Shown here: piece by piece, positions 12,459 to 26,417 of the stretch
Layout: each line of letters starts with the position of its first letter
How positions within the stretch are numbered: position 1 is the stretch's first letter
Assembly: GCA_965235115.1 (NCBI GenBank)
Contig: OZ249441.1
Coordinates: 13,640,001 to 13,704,000 of the forward strand
Direction of reading: 5' to 3'
Source of the DNA: Laetmonice hystrix
Taxonomy: Eukaryota
Length of the DNA: 64,000 bases
Notes under the pieces: model-generated
Databases searched by the model: none
The model's input: the letters and a program-made list of their open reading frames with translations, nothing else
What the model was told of the DNA's origin: nothing
Made by a program: the position numbers and the translations under genes

Positions 12459-15400
12459 GTTGTCGAAAGTTGTTGTTTTTTCTCTGTCCCTGCTAACTTC
12501 ACATCATCATAACTGACATCACATGAACCTAATCACGCCAAATGTCATCTCCTCTTGATATCAATTTCCATCAACCAATTAATTTCTCCGTGCAATGACT
12601 CAAATAATTTCACCTCAAAGAAACCATTTTTGTTGCCGAGCAGATGTGCAAGTAATCTCTATTGGGAAAGGTAAAGATTATACAAATATTGGATGGCGGC
12701 GAGTCCACTATACAGTTTACAGGACGAAGAAAAGTGATAATGGACAAGGCTAATTATATTATCGCTTTTCGGAGTCCCGTAAACTGTATAGTGGACGAGC
12801 TGCCATCCAACATTTGCTATATTATACACCTGTATATAAGTAATACATTGATAATCCATCTTCCTGCCATTCTCTGCTTCTACTTTTACGTCGTTTCTAT
12901 GGTTTCCAGAGCAAACCGTCCCATATCGTATTTTCGGGACGGTCACGTGGTACAAATGGACCAATCAGATTGCTTGGTTTCTGCGCCAGGTGTATAATAA
13001 TAGAGATATACCGGTACCTTTCTGTCCGTAACACGTATAGCTAGAGAGCAATATTGGTCAATCCTCTGAAGGAACCCCACACATGTCAATAACCTGTGAT
13101 TATATCTTATTATTTGATGCACACAGCTGGAAACTGAAGGACACAAACAAGTTGTTTTGTTGTTAGAAAGACCTGGGCCATGACTGTATGTACCTGGGGA
13201 AGACCAACAAAGGCCTCGCTCTAAATACCTGCGGTTTGGTGTCGCCAAGTGAAAAAAAACAATCTACCGCCTCGTCAATATAGTTGGCTTCACGGTGGCC
13301 ACAGGCCAAATGTACTCTTAACATTTCATATATTAAGGCAGTCAAAGACTTCCCAAACAGCAGACACAGCAATTTCCAAAGATATATAATTCAACTCGCA
13401 AACATAACGGATGGAATTTCAAAATGAGAACCACCTTCAATGTGAAGGCGGAAACTTCCCCAGTAAGAACGACCAAAAGAGGACGAGCATTGATTTGTTA
13501 ACTGACAAACTCTGGATATGACAGGAGAAGGGATGAAGACAAACCCCGAGAGTGGAGCAAGTACTGACAACCCACACAGAATGAAAACATCTGTGACACC
13601 TAACCCTACACGATGTGTGCACGTGACCACCCCTCCGTGACAGGCATTTCCTATCGTCTGAGAACCGACAAATTAATTAGAGTCAAATTTGACCTTTACA
13701 AAACCTATCTATCGACGACCACGCCCTCCCGTGCTCTCCACACCGCACAACATGACCTGGTGATAGAGATTTTCATAAAGTAGTCCACGATCGCCCTGAG
13801 ACAACCTGACGGTTAGAAGGGGACGGTATGTTTTTACAAAGTGTATCTCACTCACTCTGATACTTTGATACCAAACCTCCGCCAACGCATTCTGGCCCAT
13901 GTGCTCGGCATTACGAGGTTCGGATGGGCAGACTCTATGTGGGTCGTCAAGGAAACCAGCCAAAAACGACAAACCCAACGAAAATGTAGCCTGACATGAG
14001 TTGATCAAAATGACCGAAGCAGTTACATGCTATCAAATCTAATGAACGACTTTCTACGTTATTTCTGGGTGAGGTAAGATCCAGGAACTGAACGGAACTG
14101 TGGCCAAATTTTAGATTTATTAGTAAATTTGGGTGGGATTAACCCAAAACAGATTTTACAAGTCCTCAAAGAGTATCACACAGACATGGAAATTAGATGT
14201 ACTGGCAACTAAAGAAATCAGCCAAATTACTGAGATCTATTACAGGACAAGATCTTTGTCAAGGTTGACAGTCATGATGTCCACACCCAAGATATTCTCT
14301 ACTCCTCGGAACCACGTTAGTGAAAAGTTTACCTCTACATGTATACTCATGGTTACCATTCATGTCGATGGATAATACACGGCGCCTAATTCTGCAAACT
14401 CTTGAGATAATTCAGTCGATCAGGCAGTTTCAGTGCTTGACCCACTTCCCACAGAAATAACTGCAGTCAAGATAAGTGGTCCCATCTACAGAAACCAGCA
14501 TGCTATTATTCGGTTAGCCTCAATAATAAACGGCCGCATCTATCGGTCTTAGATCACATCAAAAACATTACACAGATATTTGCAGCCTGACCATGGTCGT
14601 TTCGGGGGGTGCGCCCCACGTAGGTAAATACTTGACGAGATATCAAAAAGACGTCAATTGCAATGTTAATATTGTCTTAAGCAGTAAAAAGCCGAGGCGG
14701 GCCAAACTTGGAGTGGGCCTCCGGACTGACGACGGGCCAGCTGAGTTACTTCACGATGGTGGCAACGACATACAGTATGGCCACCAGCTTATCTAGGAGT
14801 GGGCTCTGTTAAAATACACAGACTATTAGACTGTTATCGCTGTATTATATTGCTGTGTATGTTTTACTAGTGTGTGTGTGCGTTCGCATGAAAAAGGGAT
14901 CACGGTGAAGGTCATACAAGGTCGGCTCCTCGGCCCGGCAGCAACCAAACCGCTCTCAAGATTATAGACTGCTTGAATTTCAATTTGTTGGAGTGGTAAT
15001 TATTCCAGTGCGGATAGAAAGCCTTAACATAAAATGTCCTGAAATTCAAACTCCTCAGGATCCCCCCCCCCCCCCTCCTCCGGCCTCGTTTTCACCGAGA
15101 CAGCTTTATATGTCGCTGGCTACATCTATATATATATACGTTATACGAGTATGAGCATTGGTCCACTAAACGCCTTCCCAAACCTGACTGGCAGCTATTT
15201 AAATCTACCCCCCTCCTTCAGAATACGGCAGGGGAGCAACACTTTCCTCACTTAATCTTTGACGGAGAAAAAAGAAGCCACGATAACACCTTATTACATT
15301 TCAGTGTCACCTTGCTGGGAGATTAAGGGGGGTATTAGTGTCTCGGGTCGAGACGTGGGCAGGATACTGCTATGAACATAACAATCCTGGTCTATTAAAA

Positions 15401-15481
15401 ACAACGGCCTCTTTTAGAAGTTGCTATACCTGAGTGCCACCCCTTAGGCTACAGGCCTTCATTATTGTAAACCATTACATT

Positions 15482-15817
15482 TTCTTCTGTCCCATTCACA
15501 CTAACCTTGAGAGAGCGTACCGACTGGTGTTCTTCTGTCCCATTCACACTAACCTTGAGAGAGCGTACCGACTGGTGTTCTTCTGTCCCATTCACATTAA
15601 CCTTGAGAGAGCGTACCGACTGGTGTTCTTCTGTCCCATTCACACTAACCTTGAGAGAGCGTACCGACTGGTGTTCTTCTGTCCCATTCACACTAACCTT
15701 GAGAGAGCGTACCGACTGGTGTTCTTCTGTCCCATTCACACTAACCTTGAGAGAGCGTACCGACTGGTGTTCTTCTGTCCCATTCACACTAACCTTGAGA
15801 GAGCGTACCAACTGGTG
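15482..15817. repeat. Minisatellite, 48-bp unit x7 (TTCTTCTGTCCCATTCACACTAACCTTGAGAGAGCGTACCGACTGGTG)
   Basis: Seven units with only about two substitutions. The 48-bp period is a multiple of 3, which explains the ORFs at 15434, 15449 and 15507. Confidence 0.97.
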
Positions 15818-18800
15818 TTTTAGTATTGGTACCATTCAAGCTTGAGGCAGTGTTATAATATTTTTTCACGCTCTGGCTCCAATGCTGACTACAACGTTAT
15901 AGATGTATATTAGGACGTTTTGTTGTTTTAGCATTATTTTTTTCAATGCCCGTCCCTAGACACGTCTTCCTGGTTGGCCACACCCAGAGGTCCTTTGGTT
16001 TACTTCATGATGTCATCATCTCCTAGATACCCAAACCCCTCGAGACCCACCAGGTAGGTATGACTACCAGCTCTACCAATGTGCTGGCTTGGCCTGGGCG
16101 GGGTGGGGAGGGGGGTTTACACTTGATAACGACGCACCTTTACATAGTTTAGAAAATCTTGGTACCTCAGCAAGCAAGGAAACAACAGTTATCGTGACAA
16201 ACGATACTGTCACCCCCAGCTCAGCTGGTTGACTTTATTTAGCCTTTTCTAGAGGGACAAAACACAGTTATTAGCGAGGTAATCCATATCTCAACTTCCA
16301 ATTTTCGTTCTTTATGGCCGTGATCCACAAGTCTCCTGGGACCAATTAGACCTGAAATGCATTTTCATTTCTCGGATTGCTGTTTCCCGCCACAGTAGTC
16401 ACAATTCAATTGTGAGATTTCCAAAGAATGGCATTCTTTATAAAACAAAACTCGCGACATATCGTCTCAAGTAAATTGGTTGGAGCAATTCAGTAAGGAA
16501 TTTCTTGACCCCCTCCCCCTCTAACCGACCAATATTTTCTGTCTGACCCTCAAGGTTTGCTCTGGCATTCACCGCTGGGATATGTTGTCGAACTAAACCT
16601 AATAAACCTTCAATATTCTGTCCATCCATCAGCTCTCTCAGGACCCCTCCACACCACTGCAGTTCAGTAGGTTTCCATAAAACTCAGCCAGCAATCATCA
16701 CGGAGATGGTCATAAAAAGTTTTTGTGGGAGCTGGATGCCATCAGACACCCATGTAGCCAGCTCAAGGATTGGGTGTGCTGGTGTGAAGGGTACACAGGG
16801 TCCATACAAGGGGTCTTACCCCAGTATCACCTCCCCCATACCTCATTCGGTCTGCACCAACGGCCAGTCTTTGTTTTCACCATGAAGGCACCGTGTTTGA
16901 GGTCCCTTCTGCCTGCAACAACTCCGACACCATTTGGTTCACCAATGGTAGGAAAAGAATTATTGGTAATCGGGAAGAAGAGGCCGTTATTTCTTATTAA
17001 ATACCTCTTGTAACTTATAATTCCGACATTTTAAAAACATTTTAAATGTATCCTGGACTTCTTGAAAACGAAGCAGATCGGGTCAGCCACTGCACAGGTC
17101 GATGGTGACAGATGAAGTGCAGTCTGCAATGAATTAGGAGCGGTTGCTAGCAGTTTTTGAGTACAAAATAACTAGGTCAAGAACCTCTTCCCACATTCTT
17201 CTAGCATCAACACTTTTCTGTGGCATCTCACCTCACAATGCTTGTATCACGGCAGCCACCCTCCCCCAAGAAAAAACACACCAGTCTTCAGCAACCCGGC
17301 TCGTGAGTGTAAAGTCCCACTTGTTTGACTGATCGATTACACTACACGGAATCTTTACCCACTAAAGGCGGTCAACTCCCAAACTTACCCGCCAGGGTAC
17401 CCAACCTCTTGCTCTTAAAGTCTGCTCGAGTGTTTACTGCCATTCTACCCCGAATATTATACCATATATATTTAAATGTTAACTTGTGGATCTGCCAGAT
17501 GTACAAAATAAATACATTTATCTTGATATTGCCTGGAGATTTGCCAGCACAGGCATAAATCAAGTCGCCACTTTAATTGAATAAATAATGTCTATTAAAT
17601 CAAAGGCACTTACGACAACGGGTCTATTATACATCAAGCAGAAATGAGAATATTACTTTTACTAAATGTTTAAGATCTTATAGCTAAGAAATGCTTCAGG
17701 AGACCCTGTTGTGTTGCCAAACGAGAGATCCCGTCATAGTCTAATACACGTAAAGTCCCCATGAGCTGGCGTTGGTTGACAGTGGGGGCCAAAACTCTGG
17801 CAGTGACCTCAAGTACCTGTCTCAAACTCATCCAACCAAACACAATAAAATCGCGATCATATCAAAGGCTTCCTTTTTACAGCCATACATCCCTTTGTCC
17901 CACTCAGGGGAATGTATAGGTATAAAAAGGTTAGGTGATATAAAATATAATGAAAAGGCAAATTTAAAGTTGAAATTCAGCTTCCCCCACCATCTGTATT
18001 CAGCACAGGTATGTCAGCTGTATTCTTGGAGGTACAGATGGAGCAGATGGTTAAGAATTTTATCACACCCACACATGATACCAGCGCAGCCAAAGCAGGC
18101 TTGGTTTCACGAATCGCTGCTGCGTCATTGTGACAAATAACACAATTCTGACCTAGGCTTGGCCTAATGTCCTACAACATCAACCTCAACGGTGCATTGG
18201 TTGCCTTTGCTCTTCCATGTCTCCCTGATCACATTTAGTGTCAATTACAACCAGAACTTCTCAATCCTTGTCCGTTCTTGACAAAACCCCATCAAATTAT
18301 GCCATTTTATCAATGACATCTGCCCACAGTGAATACATGAACCTCATTAATTACAGTAAAACAAAGAAATCCAACTTATCGATGAAATCTGAACTGACAG
18401 ATGGTAATCTTCCCAAGCTTGCTCCACTTCCTAATCACGCTACACGTGTGTATTCGGAACGGCTCCCACGTTGTCCTCGCCGTACGACCTTCTCAATTCT
18501 CAAATTGATGCTTTTACTGAAGAGGGCCATAAAATACAGCATTAATCAGAACATTGCAGCTTTACATCATCGTTGATGAGATCTGTTGAAGCATGCCCTA
18601 ACCAGAGCTCAGACATTCGCGTTTTGTAAAAATATAATTCTCCAACCATGGTTTGCTATACCACATGCAAAAAGTCGGTCTCCAGATTCAATGGCAAAGT
18701 AAATAGTTTAAGAGCCTGTAGTACAAAACCCTTCAATACCAATAAAAACCACGGTACGTTAACATGCTCTCTCGATGTAAACCTTACATAACGCATAATG

Positions 18801-19006
18801 TACACCAGGGTTCTATGGCACGCATAGCTCATTTTGTACAGTGTTAGCTTAACCTAAAACGTAACGTTACATTCTAAACGTGTTCTGTTTATTGGAATGT
18901 TAAGGAGCCTAAAATAAACAAACCCATAATATACAAGCTCCGCCCGCCATGCCGAGGCCATGAACCTCGTCATCCAGTGGTTTTCCTACCCTAGATCAGA
19001 TCCTAC

Positions 19007-19240
19007 CCGTGCCCTGCACTGGTCACGGATGAGCGAACACCAACCACCTCCCAGTCCTTCTCCTCATGCCCGCTGCCCACCCAGCCCACGTTAATGAAAT
19101 CAGTGTTCAGCGTGACGGCGAGTTCTCTGGGTGGAGTCTGGCTCTGACGACCAGACAGAGGGGCCACGATAGGTCTGTTCAAAGGTTTGCTCAATACCCA
19201 GGCAAACCACAGAGCACGGCTCACGGCCAGCCCCTGGAGC
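19007..19240 (-). CDS. Weak candidate internal exon (234 nt, phase 2-2) of the minus-strand gene
   Basis: CACAG| ... GG|GTAGGA boundaries enclose an open frame (LQGLAVSRALWFAWVLSKPLNRP...HEEKDWEVVG...) whose phase matches the 23380 donor. The pyrimidine tract is poor and I recognise no domain. Confidence 0.18.
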
Positions 19241-22200
19241 CTGTGGATGCTAGCACGTTTAACTTCGAACCTTTAGTCACCCCGTCAAACCGCCATTCAA
19301 ACTATACTACTTAGAAAAAATCATGCCTTTCTGTCCCCATTACTCTCCCCCGACATATCGGCATTGGCCGGGCGTACTGTGGACACGTGTCGCTGATATC
19401 ATGGCCCCGATATTATTATATCATGGCCCCGATATTGTTATAATAATGACGGCGATCATTTCTAATTTCTTTTGCTAAGCACTGGTTTTGGGGGGCCATG
19501 ATTGCATTTTCTTTTATCTTTGATAGAAACAGATCAGCCAGCTCATGTAATAAACTCAGATTGATCATAAATGGAATGTTCAACAAACGACCGTCACCAG
19601 GACCACGTAACAAGGAGATCGTGCCTGACTCTTCCACTGTATACCAACCGTCCCGTCCTACACGCGGACCAAACACGGACAGGTTCGGGAGGTCTGCCGT
19701 AGTCTGCCAGGCGTGCGGTGGGACTGGTCGAGGATCAACGAAAACCTGCCCTCTCTCTGCCATGGAGCAATACTGTTCCCATGCACCAAGACCACACTAT
19801 GATAACATACTGGAATACGGAAGTTATTCGGCCTGTCCTACTTCAATACACTTCCACGATCAAACTGGAGAAATGGCTCGACATTCTTTCTTTCGAATCT
19901 CAAGGTTGAAAAACGGTTTTCATCGTCAACTGGGACACTATCAAATCTGCAGTGAAGTTGGACAATATTTCCGGATGTGAATAAAAAAAAATTATTTCCT
20001 GGTTTTAATGATCATGCATTTTGAATATATTCCTCTCATTATCATATTTTTTTCTTATTTATGCACAGGCTCGCCATCATTACCCTTTTTCTTCATCCCA
20101 TAATGTAGATATTTTACATCTTGATTCCATAATTTATCTTTTTAAAATAACCTATGCAAATGTTCCGGCCAGATTCAGTGACGGCTCTTGTGTAACCAAG
20201 ATTTCACTTTACCTATATATTAGGTCACCGAACACCCAATGTTGAATTGTTGACTGAATTCAGTAGTTCAAGTTAATTCGTCCAAATAAAACCAATATCC
20301 CATTAAAACGGTAAACGTTGACCCAGGTGACAGGTGACAGGACGCATGTACGCCCGTCACCCGTTTCACACCAACATACTTTATTTGACCGTACACAAAG
20401 TCCATACCTGAGATGTCTGTTTAGCTGCCATCTTTCATTTACAATTCTAGACCACGACATTCCAGGTCAGTTGTTTCTTATTATCACCGAGCGTGGTCTG
20501 TCCTCGACCTTGACTATCCTCCCCTGACTCCACAATCATGTTGTTTACTATGACCGCCCGATTACGAAGATAATACCTTGTGCCATTGATTACAGGGTGT
20601 TACACGGAAGCAAATGAGGTAAGAAGACCACACCGGGTCCGACCACAGCAGGGAGAGCGACATGGCGATCAGACACAGGACACCTCAATCTTCTGACAGG
20701 TGTCCCACAGGACACCCCAATCTTCTGACAGGTGTCCTGCTAACATCTCCTGGTTCATTAAATCTATCTCATTACTCCGGTAAGCAGCCGTCCCCGCGGC
20801 TGAGATCCGGTCTACGTGGGGCATCCACAAGGTGTAGGCCTCCTGACAGCCGCTGTCAGGTGGGCCTCGCCTTCAAGAGGTGCGACTCAGGAGGAGCGTG
20901 TCTCATTCCTACCTACATTCTGTATCCTGGGTAATCGGTCAAATTACTTTCTGTCATACCTTACCAAAGTACCGGTAATCTGACTTAAGACTCTGGGACT
21001 CGCCTGGCTTCATTGGAGCAGGTTGAGTTGGTGGGATTATTAATCCGACGATTGGCTACCAACGGCGTCTATTGGAAACTGCAATCAGCAACGCCCAGCT
21101 CGGAGTAATCTCCTGCTTCAACAAATACTTTCCCTTCCGACTTGAGCGGCCTTCATCTAATGACCACAACAGTTCAAGTAAATAAGTAATGTGGGGCTGC
21201 AGACCGTAGGTAATAATAAGCCGCGAGTTAGCTACGTTTGATGTATGAAGCACTAATAACGCCGGCTCCATGCCCTGCCGTGGCCTTCATGGGAACTAGT
21301 CGTGATGAACTCACATTGGACACATCCCGTGAACAGTCAATAGGCACTCCGTACTTGTAATTCAATCAAGCAGACCCCTATAAAAAAGAGGAACTAATTT
21401 CCCGCTCACTGGTGGAGGATGACATTTTCTGATGACAGCACCAGACTGGCACATTTTCCGACGGAATATGTCGGACGGCTGGAGAGGTTCGTTCAGTCGT
21501 GGGTTTTCTAAGATTTCCTGGAACCCTGTTGAGAGCAATCTCAGGCAGCGTGGCGCTGGGCGTGTCTGCCCCGCACTGATGGAACTGCCATGATGTGTTC
21601 TCCATGCTGTAGTGGCAGAGAGCAGCACCTCAATGATATCCGACAACGTCCTCCCCAACCGGCCATTTTCTAACACATGCACACTCGCAAATAGCGTGCA
21701 AATACACAGGTTTACCAACTGTTACAAAACGATCAGTGAGAAAGGGCACTGCTCCCGTCATCAGTTAAAACCACATCGTATAAATCAAACGTCTCCTAGC
21801 TCTACAGTCAGCCTCAGACTGTTGAGACCAGAGAAACCCGAGCCCCGGGGCGACCTCTACACCACTTATCCCGTGTACTTACAAGCCAGGAGTTGATAAA
21901 TCTCTCCAAAAGCCCTCAGAAAGGTCAAATAAACCCAAGAGTTCATCCCGAACGAGTTTGCATCAAGTCATCAGCTGTATAAATAAAAGCTCTCAATGTT
22001 TGAGGGTTTTCTTGATTGATAATCACTAGTAGTTAATGCTACGTATCCATCTCGCTCTATAACGCCAAAATAGGTCTACATTAGTCAACACGGGTAAAGT
22101 TAGATCTACGCGTGGACAAGGGCAGCAGGCATCACCATATTATTTATCAACGAATATATGGTAAATATATTGTAAATTTCTCGGACGCCACAAAATGACA

Positions 22201-23379
22201 ATTATTATGATGCAAAACTGCAGCTGAAAATATATTTTACCCAATATTTGCTTAGACTTATTTCTCTCAGTCTCAGAGGCGTGGATGTGGGATATTTGAC
22301 AAAATGAGAAAGTTTGAACAGAGCAAGAAAATAACACCATTACAATATACTGGTATTTTATCGGAGTAAAGGCCTTAGCTGTCAACCTAAATAGGTCAGG
22401 AGGTTGGAGAGACAAATAGACTGATAAGATATTGAGTGTGAAATAATAAGTAAAAAACTGTCTAGGGTGAGCGATTACTTGCTGATATGCCAGCATTTTT
22501 ATGGAAAAATTCCGTCCAAATCAGGAGGGACTTCTTCGAGTTTGTTTGGGGTGGTGTGTGGGTGTGGGTGTGTGGGTGTGTGTTAAGATTTCGTGTTTCG
22601 GCGTTGCTCCCTATTTATCGGACCGTTTATCTCCAGGGAAACATTTTCCTCCGGGTGAACCCTCTCAAGTCATGCCTACCCACGCGGTAACGTTCTCGCT
22701 CTCTGCCCCACCCCCACCCCCCGTCCCCCACTCTTATATCACCGCTAAATTTCCTACTACAGCATTTAACACCACGCTTCAGACGTATTCCCACTTAGAC
22801 TGCCCACACTTTCCGTGCCGGTAAACCTCCGCTGTGCCTGGAGGCTTTTAACCTAGGCGTTGCATCAAGAGAATCGGTCGGGCCATGCACTAATTCCGAC
22901 AGTGAAGCTCACACTGCGCCGAGGACTGCTGACCCTGCTATGTCCAACATGATATCAACCATCTCCACAGGCCATAGCCTTCAACTTGAAGCGCAGAGCA
23001 CCTAAATATATATCATCATTGGGGAGTGGGACAACCGTGTCAGGCGATCCCATGAACCATTCATGACGGCCGCAGAAAGCAAGGTCAGTGCCATCTTTGA
23101 TCTGTGCCCGGTCATTAATGGATGGGTATCCACGCTGCATCCACATCGCTACGGCTGAAAGGGAATCAAATCACGGCGTTCTAAAATGTGTGAAGCTTCC
23201 CGGCCGGTGCGCCTTTCACGCCTCACTCCACCTCACCTGTCAGCCTGGACAGGTGCTTCCCTCCAGTGTCCATGACCGCGATAAATCCAAAGGGCAATGG
23301 AAGCTTTGGTGGAGACGGGCAGCAGGAATTGCCCTGGTTTCTCCACATGGGATTGGGCGTTGGTGGTGTTGTCACTTAC

Positions 23380-23444
23380 CTGGGCTTGAGGCGCTTTGGC
23401 CGGGAGTCAAACTCCACTCCGATGTCCTCGGCCATCCTCTTCAT
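23380..23444 (-). CDS. Probable first coding exon of an unidentified nuclear protein: MKRMAEDIGVEFDSRPKRLKP(R/S), phase-2 donor
   Basis: Minus strand reads ATG AAG AGG ATG GCC GAG GAC ATC GGA GTG GAG TTT GAC TCC CGG CCA AAG CGC CTC AAG CCC AG|GTAAGT. Consensus donor at 23379-23374, high GC3, an in-frame upstream TAG with no intervening ATG, strong Kozak context at the second ATG (AGGATGG), and a KR-x12-PKRLK pattern. Confidence 0.6.
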
Positions 23445-24860
23445 CAAAGTCTGGCTGCCGGTTAACTCCGCCACTGTGCTGTTCAACAGTCGCACACAAA
23501 TTATTGGAAAAGTATTGGTAGCTCCGTGGCTGCTGCTGCAACGGAGAGCGGCTGCAAGTACCGCACACAGATAAACTGCCTGCCCTGGCCCTAGACCACA
23601 GGGCTAGGTGTATGGTAATCTGTCAAACAACCAACCGGCTCTTCCAATCAGCCTTCGTACCAGCAGCAGTAATAGCAACAGCAGCAGCAGTAGCAAGCAG
23701 CCAGTCAGTAGTCACTGTGCCTGCCGTATAGGATCCAGTCGACTCTTCTTCAGCCTCACCTCATCTGCCGTAATCTAATGGCCCTGGTGCAGCACGCCTG
23801 GCAACATAACACTGCTACACTCCCAATACAGGCCTCGACATCCGCCACCTACACGCTGGCAAACTGAAACCAACCTCCAAGCAATAATACACCCGGCTTG
23901 CCTGCGTGTTGTGTACCAGTATCAGTCCCTGTCACCATCCACGCATCCACTACAGTACACTCCAGTACACTCCACCCTATACACAGCCTCTATCCATAAC
24001 GGTCCGTCTCAAGTAAACAGGGAAACAAGCTGATCTATACCACTGTAACTATGCCTCGTATATCTATCATGCTGTCAGAGCTCTGCCAGCGGACAGACAC
24101 TGTCAATGGCGAACCACGTGAAAAAGCGGGTTGGCCCGCCAGTAGAGTCGGTGGTGGTGGAGGTGGTGGTGGGCTGTGATAGGCTCACACAGTCCTGGCG
24201 TCAGAGCTGAGGAAGGTGACTCCCCCGACTGGTACCGAGGATGTTGCTCTACCTCCTCCGGGGTGGTTAGAGATGGTCTCAGACTGAGCGACCCTTGTGT
24301 AGTGGCCGGTCAGTCGTGCTCCTCCTCGCTGACCTGCCGGCTCGGGTACGATCTCCTCCTACAGCCCGTTCTCCTGGGAAGATGTGCGTGGTGCTGCGCT
24401 CTCTGCTTAATGATTTGATAGAGGCAGATCCAGGCGCTGGCGGCGTCTTTTGGTGGTTAGCGTGGCGGCGAGCTGCGGTCGCCGGAATGCTCGGCCAGCC
24501 GGTGGTGGTGGGCTGTGTTCACGTCAGATCCACTGATGCCCAACTCCTCTACTACGTCCGTTTGTGTGTATGTGTCTGTGGTGGAGCGCTAGCCACAGAA
24601 TGAACGTGTCCTGTACTGTCAATATACCGTAGTTTCCCCCAGTGTGTCTGATCATGTACGCGTGTCGCTTATTGCGTGTCTCTGAGTGTGAGTGTTAATG
24701 CGAGTCAGGGCCAAGCGGCCAGATGACTGTGGAGTGGTGGTCGTCGTATAGTAGTAGTACGTAGTGTCAGTGTGGCAGTGCGCCGGTCATGTGTGACTGC
24801 AGGCGGCGGGCAGCTCCCGTAGACTTCACCATCAGGAGGCCCCGGCACACATCTAGCCTG
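23445..24860 (-). promoter_or_regulatory. GC/CpG-rich putative 5' UTR and promoter region of the minus-strand gene
   Basis: Elevated GC and CpG directly upstream of the putative start exon, a degenerate (CAG/CTG)n tract at about 23660-23700, and GGT/CAC-rich tracts. The TSS was not located. Confidence 0.4.
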
Positions 24861-26392
24861 GCTCTATTGACGAACCACAGGGATGCCGACTGCACCAGCC
24901 GCTGCAGCCATTGGACACTGAACAACTGACAACCTTGGGATATGACCCTACGGTAATCTCGACTGAAATTCTCCTGCTCTCTGGCCGATTACGGACGGAT
25001 ACAGATGGTCCCAGCACACACCAGCTAGTTTCTACGGATACATGGATTTCCACTCTGGACAGGTGCCTGCTCTCTCAGTACTTTATCTCCAACCCTCACT
25101 GGGGGGCCACAGGTACATGGTGGTGGTGGGGAGGGGGCTGCACGGGGATCACCAGGATCTCTGCTCGGGGTGGGGGCGCAGCAACTCAATCCTGTGCTAA
25201 TCTTCCTGAGCTCTGGATTAATCGGGGTGGATTATCATTGCCTTTCTGGCTCTGTGGAATTAGCGCAGGCTCAGCAGGGCTTGGTGTGTGATGGGCGTGT
25301 CTCAAAGGACTGATCAGCATTGAACCAGCTGGGCCCCACCCAGTGCGGTACGTATACATATTCATGTGGATACAACCACCCAGTCTCCCTGTCACCAACC
25401 GTCACTACGTCCTGCCTATACACGGTCGCCGTAACCAACTACTATGTCTCACTTATACAAGTTTAATTTCCCATTGTCTTTGTTATCAAATGGCACAGTG
25501 GGAAGGAAACTTAAGATGCGTGTCACCAGACTGTGTCTCGAGGTCTTTCTTATTTCACACTGGGTGAACTCTACTTTCAGACTGACAGCCCACATCAATC
25601 ATCCCACAGTTCTTGTTCTCTGTATCTGAAGGCGCAATTACTGTTTAATACACACTTCTACTGAATGAATTCACATGAACAACATGGTTTTTAGCTGGAA
25701 AAGTTGAACTTTAATTAGCCTGTGACAATTTTTGTCAGCTTTACTGAAACTTGCTCTACTTTTCCACCACTAAATCTGCCCTCGATGAGTGGCACTGATG
25801 TTATGAGACAAACTGCCCTGGAGTGTGGACCCACGTCCTTGGCAGGGTTGCCTATTAATGTCAAGTATCATGGACTCTTTATCAGGTCATATCTAGGTGC
25901 TATTTGTAGATAACTGTACTTCTGCCATTACTCAGGGGGCAGGGGGAGGAGCGGGGTGGGAGGGGGGCGCTGGGGGCGGACCACACTCCAGACGAATCGA
26001 GCTCAACTCCGTCAAACGATAAGACCAATACAGGGCAGCCACAGACCGACTCCCAGTTTATTTTACATACTGTCACTTCCACAAGAACGATAACAGCTGC
26101 CTCAGTTCCTACCAAAGGAAAGATCATTTCTGGTATCCATGTCGGGTGTAAGGCCAGACCGTTCACATTGGTTTCATAGTAACGACTATAGCTCCTGTTA
26201 GTGTGACCCAGGGGCGAGGTTTCACTTCAAATTGGCCCTTCAAAGTTTCTCATTTATTTTCCTCAATGTGAACCCCCATCTTTGACCAAATGTACGATTC
26301 TGTCTCAAGTAACCATGTGAACAACCTATCTGTTGATTCTGGTCGAGTCCAAACTTAAACAGTAATTTCTCTGACACAGTGTCCCTGTGTTA

Positions 26393-26417
26393 CCCACCAG
26401 GGTGCGCCCCTGGTGGG
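26393..26417. other. Perfect 10-bp inverted repeat CCCACCAGGG-TGCGC-CCCTGGTGGG; both orientations are CTCF-motif-like
   Basis: Arms at 26393-26402 and 26408-26417 are exact reverse complements. Confidence 0.6.

Noticed and set aside
15434-15845. 16-aa repeat ORFs on both strands
   Set aside because: A near-identical 48-bp minisatellite with no synonymous-type variation and no splice or start context.
16380-16760. Transposase-like phrases (RADGWTEY, IAPTNLLETICREF) on the minus strand
   Set aside because: Only loose resemblance to Merlin or Mutator motifs, with many stops and no TIRs.
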